In this document: in pieces, positions 17,464 to 25,832 of the stretch | Layout: each line of letters begins with the position of its first letter | How positions within the stretch are numbered: position 1 is the stretch's first letter | Position numbers and translations under genes: made by a program | The notes under the pieces: generated by a model | The model's database searches: none | What the model was told of the DNA's origin: nothing | What the model saw: the letters and a program-made list of their open reading frames with translations, nothing else | Source: Mycobacterium terramassiliense | GTDB taxonomy: Bacteria; Actinomycetota; Actinomycetes; Mycobacteriales; Mycobacteriaceae | Assembly (NCBI RefSeq): GCF_900157385.1 | Contig: NZ_LT717700.1 | Span: 673,818 to 705,817, forward strand | Direction: 5' to 3' | DNA length: 32,000 nt

Positions 17464-18891
17464 TCAGCTCGGGTTACAGGAGAGTTCGGCGGCCATCAGC
17501 TGGTCGAGCTTGCCGGCCGTGGTCGATAGCGCCGAGCGGGCGATGCGCAGGATCCGATCCCGCACCCGGGGCTTCGCCGACGCCGGCGCCAGCAGATGGC
17601 CCATCAGATGACCGAACAGGTCCAGGCGCGCCGTGGCAAGCCAGGCGGTCAGGTCCGGGTCGTCGAGCCAGCGCAGCTGATTGCCGTAGTCGGCCCGCGC
17701 GACGCGCAACCAGTCCAGGTCGCTGTCGGGATGCGGCAGCGGCGGGCATAGCGCGTTTTTCGCGGCGTCGTCGGGGCAGGCGGTCTCGAGGTGAGCGATC
17801 AGCGCCGCGCTGAATATCTGCTGGCACCCACGCACACTCTGCAACGTGATGTGGCCCGGACCGAAGATCGGTGTGGCGGGCCGCTTCTCGGCCCCGTCGG
17901 CGGTGCAGTCGACGTACAGCGCCGGGACCTCCGTGCGGACGGCGCCGCCCTCGAGGACCATTCCGTCGCCGTCGACGCGCAGCAGGTGGCCCATGCGCAC
18001 GACGTCGGTGATGCGCCGCAGCTGCTCCAGCTCGGCGTGGGTGACGGTGGCGCAGCGGTACATGGTGGGGCGGATCGCCGGGTCGATCCGCAGCAGCGTG
18101 CCGGCGTCCTCGAGGCGGGAGAACAGATCCTCGACCGAGGTCGCATCCCGGACGGCCCGCAGCTGGGCGGTGAAGGCGGCCTTGATCCGGTCGGCGAACA
18201 ACGATCCCGGCTGGATCGTCGCGCGATCCAGCAGCCATGAGTCCCGCGGCATGATCCAGGTCAGCCGGTCCGCCGCGATGCCCTGCCCCAGCAGCCACAG
18301 GCAGGTGTCGATGCCGGTCTTGCCCGCCCCGACGATGACGTAGCGCTCACGGGCCGCGAGCCGCGGCAGGTCGTTGGGCGGCACGCACGTGACGCCGGGC
18401 GCGACCTCGTACGGGGGCGGGCGCATCGAGGGAACCTCGACGCGCATGTAGGTGGCGTCGACGACGCGGCGCGTGACGTCGACGGCGTAGTCGGCCCCGC
18501 CGAGCGTCGTGAAGCGGCCCCGTAATCCGTCGCTGCCGCGGTACTCGCTCATCGGGAAGTAGGAGACGCGGCCGGTGGGCAGGAAGCGCCGGCGCAGGAC
18601 GTGGTCGTAGTACGCGCAGACCTCACCGGCGGTCGCCAGCTCGTAAAGCCCCTCGTTCCAGCCGACCTGGTCGATGGCGTCGCTACCCAGGGGCAGCGAG
18701 TTGACGCCGTAGAACGCCGACGGCTGGTGCAGCCGTACGAACGGGTACGCCGTGGTCCAGTGCCCACCCGGCTGGTGGTGGCGATCCACCAGCACCACGC
18801 GGGCCCGCGTCTCGGTGAGCAGCGTGTCGAGGAACGCCATGCCCATGGCGCCCGCCCCGACCACCAGGTAGTCGGCATCGATGGTGTGCAT
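17464..18891 (-). CDS. FAD/NAD(P)-binding oxidoreductase (two-dinucleotide-binding-domain flavoprotein)
   Basis: The 475-aa protein has two Rossmann motifs, DYLVVGAGAMGMAF and RYVIVGAGKTGIDT. No closer family assignment is possible by eye. Confidence 0.7.
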   Translation of the reverse strand: MHTIDADYLVVGAGAMGMAFLDTLLTETRARVVLVDRHHQPGGHWTTAYPFVRLHQPSAFYGVNSLPLGSDAIDQVGWNEGLYELATAGEVCAYYDHVLRRRFLPTGRVSYFPMSEYRGSDGLRGRFTTLGGADYAVDVTRRVVDATYMRVEVPSMRPPPYEVAPGVTCVPPNDLPRLAARERYVIVGAGKTGIDTCLWLLGQGIAADRLTWIMPRDSWLLDRATIQPGSLFADRIKAAFTAQLRAVRDATSVEDLFSRLEDAGTLLRIDPAIRPTMYRCATVTHAELEQLRRITDVVRMGHLLRVDGDGMVLEGGAVRTEVPALYVDCTADGAEKRPATPIFGPGHITLQSVRGCQQIFSAALIAHLETACPDDAAKNALCPPLPHPDSDLDWLRVARADYGNQLRWLDDPDLTAWLATARLDLFGHLMGHLLAPASAKPRVRDRILRIARSALSTTAGKLDQLMAAELSCNPS

Positions 18892-18933
18892 ACGGGGTCA
18901 AGGCTAACCCGGCCGCCATCGTGGCGGTCGCGG

Positions 18934-20049
18934 TCACGCCGCCCGGGCCTCGACCACGCTGAGCGGAGCAGCGGTGTGCACCACCCGGGTGACTCGGAAT
19001 CCGGCCTGGCCGAGTAGATCTCGGTACTCGGAGGCGGTGCGTTCGCGGGCCCCCAGGTTCAGCAGCATTTCCAAATCCACCCACTTTCCCGGGAAGTCAC
19101 GGTCGTGCCCGGGAATGACCAGTTCGACCAGCAGCACCGTGGCGTGCGGGCCGGCCGCGGCGCGCACGTTACGCAGGATCTGCACCGCTTTGTCGTCGGG
19201 CCAGTCGTGGACGATGTTCTTGAGGATGTAGGCATCGCCGCCGCACGGAACGCTGTCGAAAAAAGAACCCGCTGCGAGGCGGACGCGGTCGGCGACGTTG
19301 CTCTCGCGCAACAGCTTTGGGGCCTCGGCGATCACGTGGGGCAGGTCGTAAAGTACGCCCCGCGACGCAGGCGCTCCCGCCAGGATGGCGGCCAGCAGCG
19401 GTCCGTGCCCGCCGCCCACGTCGACGATCGTGGGGTAGGCACCGAAGTCGTAGCCGGCGACCACCGGCCCGTCGGTCAGCGCCGAAACGCTCGTCATCGT
19501 GCGGTTGAAGAGGTTGGCGAGCTCGGGGTACCGGTCGAAGTAGTCGAAGCTCGCCTCCCCGCGCAACGCCGGGACGACCGTCCTTCCGGTGCGGATCGAG
19601 TCGACCAGCAGGGTCCAGCGTTCGCGCTGTTCGGCCGAGCCGTAGAACTGCGCCGCCCACGTCATCGAGATCGGCGCATCCGAACGCAGCGTTGCGGCAA
19701 GGGAATTCAGCTCGTAGCGCCCGTCGCGGCGATGACGGAAGATGCCCTTGCCGATCAACGCCCGCAGCAGCCGGCCCAGCGCGTCCGCGTCGGCGCCCAC
19801 CCGGGCGGCCAGCTGCTCGATCGGCAGCGGGCCGTCCGCCAGGGCGTCGGCGACGCCGAGTTGGGCCGCCGCGGTGATGGCCTGCGATGTCCAGTTCGCA
19901 ATGATCAGCTCCATCATCGCGGCCGGCGCGGGTGTCAGCCGTTGATGCAGCCGGTACAGGTGGTGGCGAATCCACTCCACGGCGCGGGCCAGCGTGGCGG
20001 GCGGCACCCTGGTGGTCCTGTCGGCGGCCGTGTTGGTCGAAGACGTCAT
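18934..20049 (-). CDS. SAM-dependent O-methyltransferase (family 2, with an N-terminal dimerisation/winged-helix domain)
   Basis: The 371-aa protein has SAM motif I (TIVDVGGGHGPLLAAIL), then DLPHV and YILKNIVHDWPDDKAVQIL, typical of small-molecule O-methyltransferases. The ATG overlaps the upstream stop (ATGA at 20046-20049). Confidence 0.8.
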   Translation of the reverse strand: MTSSTNTAADRTTRVPPATLARAVEWIRHHLYRLHQRLTPAPAAMMELIIANWTSQAITAAAQLGVADALADGPLPIEQLAARVGADADALGRLLRALIGKGIFRHRRDGRYELNSLAATLRSDAPISMTWAAQFYGSAEQRERWTLLVDSIRTGRTVVPALRGEASFDYFDRYPELANLFNRTMTSVSALTDGPVVAGYDFGAYPTIVDVGGGHGPLLAAILAGAPASRGVLYDLPHVIAEAPKLLRESNVADRVRLAAGSFFDSVPCGGDAYILKNIVHDWPDDKAVQILRNVRAAAGPHATVLLVELVIPGHDRDFPGKWVDLEMLLNLGARERTASEYRDLLGQAGFRVTRVVHTAAPLSVVEARAA

Positions 20050-21284
20050 GTGGCATCGACAAGACGGGGGGTCGCCGCGAGGTCACTGCTGACCTTGGCG
20101 GAGATCCGGCGGTGACTCACCGCGCACAGAAACGTCGTGAGCGCCCAGGTCATGACGCGGTCCGAGATCATCCCCGCCGGCCTCAGCGCGGACTCGCTGC
20201 GGGAGACCTGCTGCGTGGTCACCCAGGACACCGCGCCGACCTTGCGTCGCCTGGTGTTCTCGTACCAGCGCAGCGCGGCCGAGAGATCCCGGACGTTGCC
20301 GCGTGCCCCCCCGCGGCCCGTGCGGGGATGCGAAAGCGCCTGGCACAACACCATCGTGTCGAGCAGCGCCTGATTGGTTCCCTGCGCCAGGGTCGGCGGC
20401 ATCGTGTGTGCGGCGTCGCCCAGCAACGTGACCGGCCCGTGCCCCGGGCCGGGAATCGGATGCCGGAAATGGGGGAACGGCGAAGGGGCCAGATCCCCGT
20501 CGGTCAACGCCGCGAGTACGCGGTCAGCCGCCTCCGACCATCCCCCGAAATGGGACCGGATCATCTCGATCGGGCGTTGTGGTCTGACGAAGTCGTGCGA
20601 CCACGGCAGGTCGAACCACCACTGCAGCTGCGAACCTCCGGCCGGCCACAGTCCGAGGTTTCCGTGCTCGCCGATGATCATCTGAGCGGCGTGCCTGTCG
20701 CCGATGTCGGGCAGGCTGACCAGCCCCTGCCAGCTGCACCAGCCGGTCGATTTCGCCGGTGGCGCACCGACGACGCCGCGAACCATCGAGTGCAGGCCGT
20801 CCGCACCGATCAGCAGGTCTCCGTCGGCCGAGCAGCCGTCTTCGAACTCGATCCGAATTCCGTTGTCCGTGTTGACCACCCCGGCCGCACGGCTGTTGCA
20901 GCGGATGCGATCGAGCGGAAAGCCTTCCAACAGCCGTTCCAGCAGGACTCGACGCGGGACCATCCGAACCGGCGCTCCCAGCCGGTCGATGATCGCGGTC
21001 AGGTCGACGGTGGCGACCGAGCGGCCGCTCGGTGTGTTCACCCGCACCGTGGACAGTGGCTGACCGGCCCCATCCATCTCGACCCCCAGCTGCCGCAGAA
21101 CGGTCGAGCCATTGGACCAGATGGTCACGGCGCCGCCGCCCGCAGTCACCTCCGGTCGCCGTTCGAAGACGGTGACGTCGTGTCCGTCACGCAATAATCC
21201 CCGGGCGGCGGAGATGCCGCCCACGCCGGCGCCGACGATGAGGATCCTGAGCTTGTTGGAATGGCTCACTTCGGTCCCCGGCAT
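20046..21284 (-). CDS. FAD-dependent aromatic-ring monooxygenase (group A flavoprotein hydroxylase-like)
   Basis: The 412-aa protein starts at ATG 21284, 5 nt after the aminotransferase stop. It carries LRILIVGAGVGGISAA (GxGxxG), LLIGADGLHSMVR (DG motif) and VTLLGDAAHTMPPTLAQGTNQALLD (GD motif). The track ORF extends further 5', overlapping the upstream gene. Confidence 0.8.
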   Translation of the reverse strand: MPGTEVSHSNKLRILIVGAGVGGISAARGLLRDGHDVTVFERRPEVTAGGGAVTIWSNGSTVLRQLGVEMDGAGQPLSTVRVNTPSGRSVATVDLTAIIDRLGAPVRMVPRRVLLERLLEGFPLDRIRCNSRAAGVVNTDNGIRIEFEDGCSADGDLLIGADGLHSMVRGVVGAPPAKSTGWCSWQGLVSLPDIGDRHAAQMIIGEHGNLGLWPAGGSQLQWWFDLPWSHDFVRPQRPIEMIRSHFGGWSEAADRVLAALTDGDLAPSPFPHFRHPIPGPGHGPVTLLGDAAHTMPPTLAQGTNQALLDTMVLCQALSHPRTGRGGARGNVRDLSAALRWYENTRRRKVGAVSWVTTQQVSRSESALRPAGMISDRVMTWALTTFLCAVSHRRISAKVSSDLAATPRLVDAT

Positions 21285-21289
21285 CCCGA

Positions 21290-22333
21290 TCAGCCCCGCG
21301 CCCTGTCCACCGCGGCCAGCACCGCTCTCGTAGACGCGCGGCTTGCGACGGTGATCCGGGCGGCGCCGTCGGGGTAGTAGCGGGCCGTCAGCCCGGTGTC
21401 GCCGAACACCTCTCGCCATGCTCGCGCGACGGCGGGGAGGTAAACGAAGTTGGCGTGCCCGCCGGTGGTGTACACGCCCTTCGCGCGAAGGCGCCGGGAC
21501 AGGAAGTCGCGCTCACCGGTGATCCGCAGGACGCGTTGCCGCAACTGGTCTTCGGCGTCGTAGCACGCCGCGACCGCGACCAGGCTGGTGATGCCCATGC
21601 CGAACGGCAGCTGCATCTCCCACAGGGTCGCGGCCAGCGCCGGTGAAGAGAACCCGTACCCGACGCGAAGCCCGGCCAGGCCATAGGCCTTCGAGAAGGT
21701 CCGCACCACAACGACGTTCGGGAATTGCCGGATCAGGTCGGGTCCGTCGATGCGGAGCCGGGGGGAGACGAACTCGATATAGGCCTCGTCGAGCAGGACG
21801 ATCGTGTCGTCCGGCACCTGCCGCAGGAATCGCTGCACGTCCGCGACGGGCTCCAGGGTGCCCGTCGGGTTGTGGGGCCGGCACAACACCACCACGCGGG
21901 CGTCCGCCGCCGCTTCGGCCATGGCGCCCAGGTTGTGGTGGCCGCGAGCGTCGAGCGCAACGGTGACCGGTGTGAGGCGGGCCATCCGGGCGAAGATCGG
22001 GTACCCGTCGAAAGTCGGCTCGCTCAGCACAATCCGATCGCCGGGCCGCGTCATCGCGTGCAGGATCTGCATCACGACTCCGCTGGCGCCGGCTCCGAGC
22101 ACCACTTGCTCGTCGCACACCCCGATGTGACCGGCGACCAGGCGGCGCAGCCGTTCGGGCAGGAACTCCGGGTACCGGTTGGCGACGTCGATGGAGCGGA
22201 TCAGCGCCGAGCGCACCGCCGGCAGCGGCGGAAACGGGTTCTCGTTGAGCGACAAGGCGAATGGATCGCTCGCGATCGGCAGCGCATCGAGGATCTCGGC
22301 GGTGACGGGGCTCGCCGCCAGCAAGGGCAACAT
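21290..22333 (-). CDS. class I/II PLP-dependent aminotransferase (HisC / aromatic aminotransferase-like)
   Basis: The 347-aa protein contains LSLNENPFPP, CRPHNPTG, LLDEAYIEF and RTFSKAYGLAGLRVGY, the last holding the PLP-lysine motif SKxxGLAGxRxGY. Confidence 0.85.
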   Translation of the reverse strand: MLPLLAASPVTAEILDALPIASDPFALSLNENPFPPLPAVRSALIRSIDVANRYPEFLPERLRRLVAGHIGVCDEQVVLGAGASGVVMQILHAMTRPGDRIVLSEPTFDGYPIFARMARLTPVTVALDARGHHNLGAMAEAAADARVVVLCRPHNPTGTLEPVADVQRFLRQVPDDTIVLLDEAYIEFVSPRLRIDGPDLIRQFPNVVVVRTFSKAYGLAGLRVGYGFSSPALAATLWEMQLPFGMGITSLVAVAACYDAEDQLRQRVLRITGERDFLSRRLRAKGVYTTGGHANFVYLPAVARAWREVFGDTGLTARYYPDGAARITVASRASTRAVLAAVDRARG

Positions 22334-23352
22334 CAGCTTCGTCCTCCCCAGCGCAGGGCCGCCGCGCCCGCGAAGTCGCCGGCGTGGGCGAAGGCGGCCA
22401 TCATCACGACGTCACCGGCGTTCAGCCGACCGTCCGATATCGCGCGATCCAGGTTGATCGGGATGCCGGCGCCAAACAGGTTGCCGCACTCGTCAAAAGT
22501 GTCGACGTGTCTCGATTCGGGAACCTCCAGCGCCTCGCGCCAATTGCGCAGGAACACCCGGTTGGGTTGGTTGGTCACCAGCAGGTCGATGTCCTTGGAC
22601 GCCAAGCCGATTCGATCACAGACGGCCAGCGCCACCTCGGGGACCTGCCGATTGCCCCGCGCAAGCACCTTGGTGATCTTGGATTCGGTGAACCCGATGG
22701 AGGCTTCACCCGGCCCGGGCTGCCACCACTTGCGGGGCGGGTCGATGGCGAGCGTCATGTCACCGGCGTATTCGCCGTAGGTGCGGCACTCGACATCCAG
22801 GATCGGGGATTCATCCGAGAGCGTCACCAATCCGACGGCGGCGCCGTCACCGGGGACCGCGGCCTGCGCCTTGCGCCGCACCCCCGGCTGGTCGAAGGCC
22901 TGGCCGGCGGCGTTCTGGGCGATCGCGACCAGCGCGGTGCTCCCCTGTCCGGACGCGAGCAGTTGACGGGCCACGTTGAGCGCCAGCACGAACGCCGCGC
23001 AGCCACCGTTGTGCAGATCCAGCACCGAGCTCGGGCGCATGCCCAACCGGTGCGCGATGCTGCCCCCCCCGCCATAGAACGGCATGTCGGGCATTTGCGC
23101 GTGGGTGATCAGCACGTCGACGTTGGCAATGACGTCGTGGCCGTGCCGTTCGATCAGCCCCTGGGCCGCGCGCTCGATCATGTCGGTCGCGGTTTCGTCC
23201 GGGCCGACGTGATGGCGGAACTTGGGCGCGCGGAACATCAGGTTGGCCGCCAGGTCGTCCGAGCCAGCGAACTGCGCGTAATAATCGGCGCCGATCGGTT
23301 CGCCGGGCAGGTAGGTGGACACGTCGGCCAGGCTGACGGTGGGTCGGTTCAT
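22333..23352 (-). CDS. KAS III (FabH)-like thiolase-fold enzyme with an atypical catalytic triad
   Basis: The 339-aa protein starts at ATG 23352, which overlaps the upstream stop (ATGA at 23349-23352). The active-site Cys lies in LHNGGCAAF (C118). The FabH PHQAN box reads TNQPN (Asn261, codon 22570-22572). The GN box is conserved as ECGNLFGAGIP (N291). Confidence 0.8.
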   Translation of the reverse strand: MNRPTVSLADVSTYLPGEPIGADYYAQFAGSDDLAANLMFRAPKFRHHVGPDETATDMIERAAQGLIERHGHDVIANVDVLITHAQMPDMPFYGGGGSIAHRLGMRPSSVLDLHNGGCAAFVLALNVARQLLASGQGSTALVAIAQNAAGQAFDQPGVRRKAQAAVPGDGAAVGLVTLSDESPILDVECRTYGEYAGDMTLAIDPPRKWWQPGPGEASIGFTESKITKVLARGNRQVPEVALAVCDRIGLASKDIDLLVTNQPNRVFLRNWREALEVPESRHVDTFDECGNLFGAGIPINLDRAISDGRLNAGDVVMMAAFAHAGDFAGAAALRWGGRS

Positions 23353-24020
23353 GAGGTGCTCATCCATTCCGGCGTGACGGGCAAGCCGTTGCGGTGCCGG
23401 TACTCGGCGATTGACTTGAGGTTGTTCAGTTCCAGCCCGTGGCCGGCTCCGAAGATGTCCCAGAAGTCGCCTACCCAGCCGGTGCGCTCCGGCGGGGCGG
23501 CCTCGGGATACGGGTTGTGGTCGTAGAAGGGGTGGCGGCAATTGGTCCACAGCACAACGGAACCGGGCTTGCCGAGCACGACCTGTGCGTCGAGCACCCG
23601 CATCAGGTAGATCATCCACAGGTGCTCGCCCTGGTCCCAGGCGCAGTGGTAGTCGACGGTGCGGGCCTGCGCGTTGGACACCGTGCGCGTGTAGATCTTG
23701 GTGTCCGGAAGCAACCGGTCGTAGGCCAACCAGAGCCCGGGCTCCCCGGTGGGGGTGAAGTCGCGAAGGGTGTAGGTCCACTCCTCGAGGCTGCGGGTGT
23801 CGGCCAGGTATTCGAACAGCTCGTCGGGTGGGCAGTCGACGTAGTCGTTGACCGTGCAGTACTGCCCGAAGACCTCGTCGTGCGGGTAGACCGATCGCAT
23901 CTTCGCCATGAACATCGGGGCGGTTTCCTCGAGCGGCGAGGTCTCGATGCGGACCACTCCCTCGATCGGCCGGGTGGTGCCGCTGTGCACGGCGATATCG
24001 TCAAGCGCTGCTATGGACAT
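23349..24020 (-). CDS. hypothetical protein (223 aa), conserved-looking, family not recognisable by eye
   Basis: The sequence reads MSIAALDDIAVHSGTTRPIEGVVRIETSPLEE...YCTVNDYVDCPPDELFEYLADTRSLEEWTYTLRDF...DYHCAWDQGEHLWMIYLMRV.... The composition is coding-like and not Arg/Gly/Pro junk. The ATG lies inside the last 10 nt of the ThDP gene and is preceded by GGAGAA. Confidence 0.6.
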   Translation of the reverse strand: MSIAALDDIAVHSGTTRPIEGVVRIETSPLEETAPMFMAKMRSVYPHDEVFGQYCTVNDYVDCPPDELFEYLADTRSLEEWTYTLRDFTPTGEPGLWLAYDRLLPDTKIYTRTVSNAQARTVDYHCAWDQGEHLWMIYLMRVLDAQVVLGKPGSVVLWTNCRHPFYDHNPYPEAAPPERTGWVGDFWDIFGAGHGLELNNLKSIAEYRHRNGLPVTPEWMSTS

Positions 24021-25759
24021 GTAATCGGTTCTCCTTTTTGCGGTGTGATCTGTTGTTCGGCCACGTGATTGGCGGGCTTGCGGTTGAGGAACGCCGCGAA
24101 CGGGGGGATTTCGTCGGCGGCGCACTCGACGCTGACCACGGCCGGGCCGTCGACCGCCAGTGCCCGTCGCAGTGCGGCGGCAAGCGCGTCGGGGTCGGCC
24201 ACGTCGACCGCGCACAGCCCGGGGAACATCGCCGCCAGGCCGGCCGCCAGCCGGCTGGGAGCAAACCGGTTGTAGCTGTAGAGGTCGTCGTAGAACAGCT
24301 GCTCGCGGGTCACGCACATGGCGTGGGCGTTGTTGTTGAACAGCACGAAGGTCACGGGCAGCCGGTACTGCACGGCGGTGTGCACCTCCATGCCGTGCAT
24401 GAAGAACGCGCCGTCCCCGGCGATCACGACGGTGCGCCCGCCGGGGCGCCCGCTGCCGGCCCGCCCGAAGGCCATCCCGATGCCGGCACCGAAGCTGTAA
24501 CCCATACCCCCCATGCCGAGTGCGACCGCGAAGCGGCCGTCCCGCCGCGCCGGCAGGTAATGGATCGCGGCCGCGCCGGTGTTGCCCGCGTCGACGACGA
24601 TGTCGGTCCCGCCGGGCAACGCGCTGTCCAGCGCCACCATGGCGTCCCGGTAACGCACGCCCGTGCCGGCAAAGGATGGTGGGCTGAGCTCTGTGCCCGC
24701 AACGAAATCGGGCACGCGCAGCCCCCGTGCCCGCCCCGGCCCGGACAACGCCCTGGTCAGCATCGTCAACGAACCCCGCAGATTCTCGGTGTGCACATGC
24801 GTGCACGGCAGGTAGGGCGCGGCGGAGCCGAGCGAGACCGTCCGCACCGCGGCGAGCGCGTCGTCGAGGCCGGCGCGGGCCGTCACCGACAGCCGGGTGC
24901 CGACCACCAGGCACACGGCGCTCGCGGCGACCGCGTCGGCCACACCGGGATGACCCATCACACCCGTCACGCCGAGCGCGGAAGAGGAACCGAAACCCGG
25001 CGTGCCGGCGACATCTTTGGCGTCGGGCACGCATGCCACCTGGGCACGCAGCAGGGCGCGCAACTCCTCGAGTTCGGCCCGGGCGTCGTCACGCGCGACC
25101 TGTTCGCCGGCGATGATGGTGACAGGCCCCTTCGCTCGCCGCAGGGCGCGCACGATCGGGTGCGGATCGCCGATGCTCGCCCCCGGGTGCTCCGCGCCGC
25201 GCCGATCACCACCTCCGTAGCCATCGATGTCCACCTTCGCCTGCTGAATATCCTTGGGCAGCAACAACACCGCCGGGCCGCCGGCGCGCGCCGCCGCGAT
25301 GGCGCTGGGCAACGCCGAAACGATGTCGGCGGGCGTCAGGACCCGCCGGCAAAAGACCGAGACCGCAGAGAACAGCGCCTCGGCGTCCAGGGAACCGTTG
25401 CGGCCGCTGGTGTCCTGGAAACTGCCCCGACCATCCATCGTGGTAGCGGGCTGACCCACCAATGCCAACACCGGCACCCGGCTGGCCAATGACTCCCCAA
25501 GGCCCGGAATGAGATTCAGCGCGCCTCCGCCGGATGTCGCCGCCACCACGCCCAAACCGGCGCCGCTGCGGCTATACCCGTCGGCCATCGTGGCCGCGGA
25601 GAACTCGTGCTTCGCCAATACCGCGGTGATGTCCGAATTGAAATGTGCGGCGTCGTAAAGATCTTCGATATTGGCGCCGTCGACGCCGAAGATGTAATCG
25701 CTGTCGATTCTCGCGAGGTATTCGACGATGTGGTCGACCACCCTGTGTTGCCTGGGCAT
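24011..25759 (-). CDS. thiamine-diphosphate-dependent enzyme (acetolactate-synthase / acyloin-forming family)
   Basis: The 582-aa protein has the N-terminal PYR domain (DYIFGVDGANIEDLYDA...ATMADGYSR...GVVAATSGGGALNLIPGLGES) and the C-terminal ThDP motif IAGDGAFFMHGMEVHTAVQYRLPVTFVLFNNN (GDG...NN). An AGGTGAG SD precedes ATG 25759. Confidence 0.85.
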   Translation of the reverse strand: MPRQHRVVDHIVEYLARIDSDYIFGVDGANIEDLYDAAHFNSDITAVLAKHEFSAATMADGYSRSGAGLGVVAATSGGGALNLIPGLGESLASRVPVLALVGQPATTMDGRGSFQDTSGRNGSLDAEALFSAVSVFCRRVLTPADIVSALPSAIAAARAGGPAVLLLPKDIQQAKVDIDGYGGGDRRGAEHPGASIGDPHPIVRALRRAKGPVTIIAGEQVARDDARAELEELRALLRAQVACVPDAKDVAGTPGFGSSSALGVTGVMGHPGVADAVAASAVCLVVGTRLSVTARAGLDDALAAVRTVSLGSAAPYLPCTHVHTENLRGSLTMLTRALSGPGRARGLRVPDFVAGTELSPPSFAGTGVRYRDAMVALDSALPGGTDIVVDAGNTGAAAIHYLPARRDGRFAVALGMGGMGYSFGAGIGMAFGRAGSGRPGGRTVVIAGDGAFFMHGMEVHTAVQYRLPVTFVLFNNNAHAMCVTREQLFYDDLYSYNRFAPSRLAAGLAAMFPGLCAVDVADPDALAAALRRALAVDGPAVVSVECAADEIPPFAAFLNRKPANHVAEQQITPQKGEPITCP

Positions 25760-25793
25760 CTGCTCACCTAACTTGGGTATCTGCTTCTAACAC

Positions 25794-25825
25794 GACCCCC
25801 GGGTGACTTCAGTTCACCCGGGGTC
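25794..25825 (-). terminator. GC-rich hairpin between the rslA-like stop and the ThDP gene start (candidate terminator or attenuator)
   Basis: The arms gacccccgggtga (25794-25806) and tcacccggggtc (25814-25825) form a 12-bp stem with one bulged C and a 7-nt loop. On the transcript the hairpin is followed by UGUUAGAAG. It begins 8 nt after the rslA-like stop codon. Confidence 0.5.
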
Positions 25826-25832
25826 GAAAGAT

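Noticed and set aside
21285-25034. 5' extensions of track ORFs 20046..21419, 22333..23781 and 23349..25034.
   Set aside because: Each extension overlaps the 3' end of the upstream, well-supported gene in another frame and translates to low-complexity Arg/Pro/Gly sequence. Internal ATGs at stop/start overlaps give proper N-termini.
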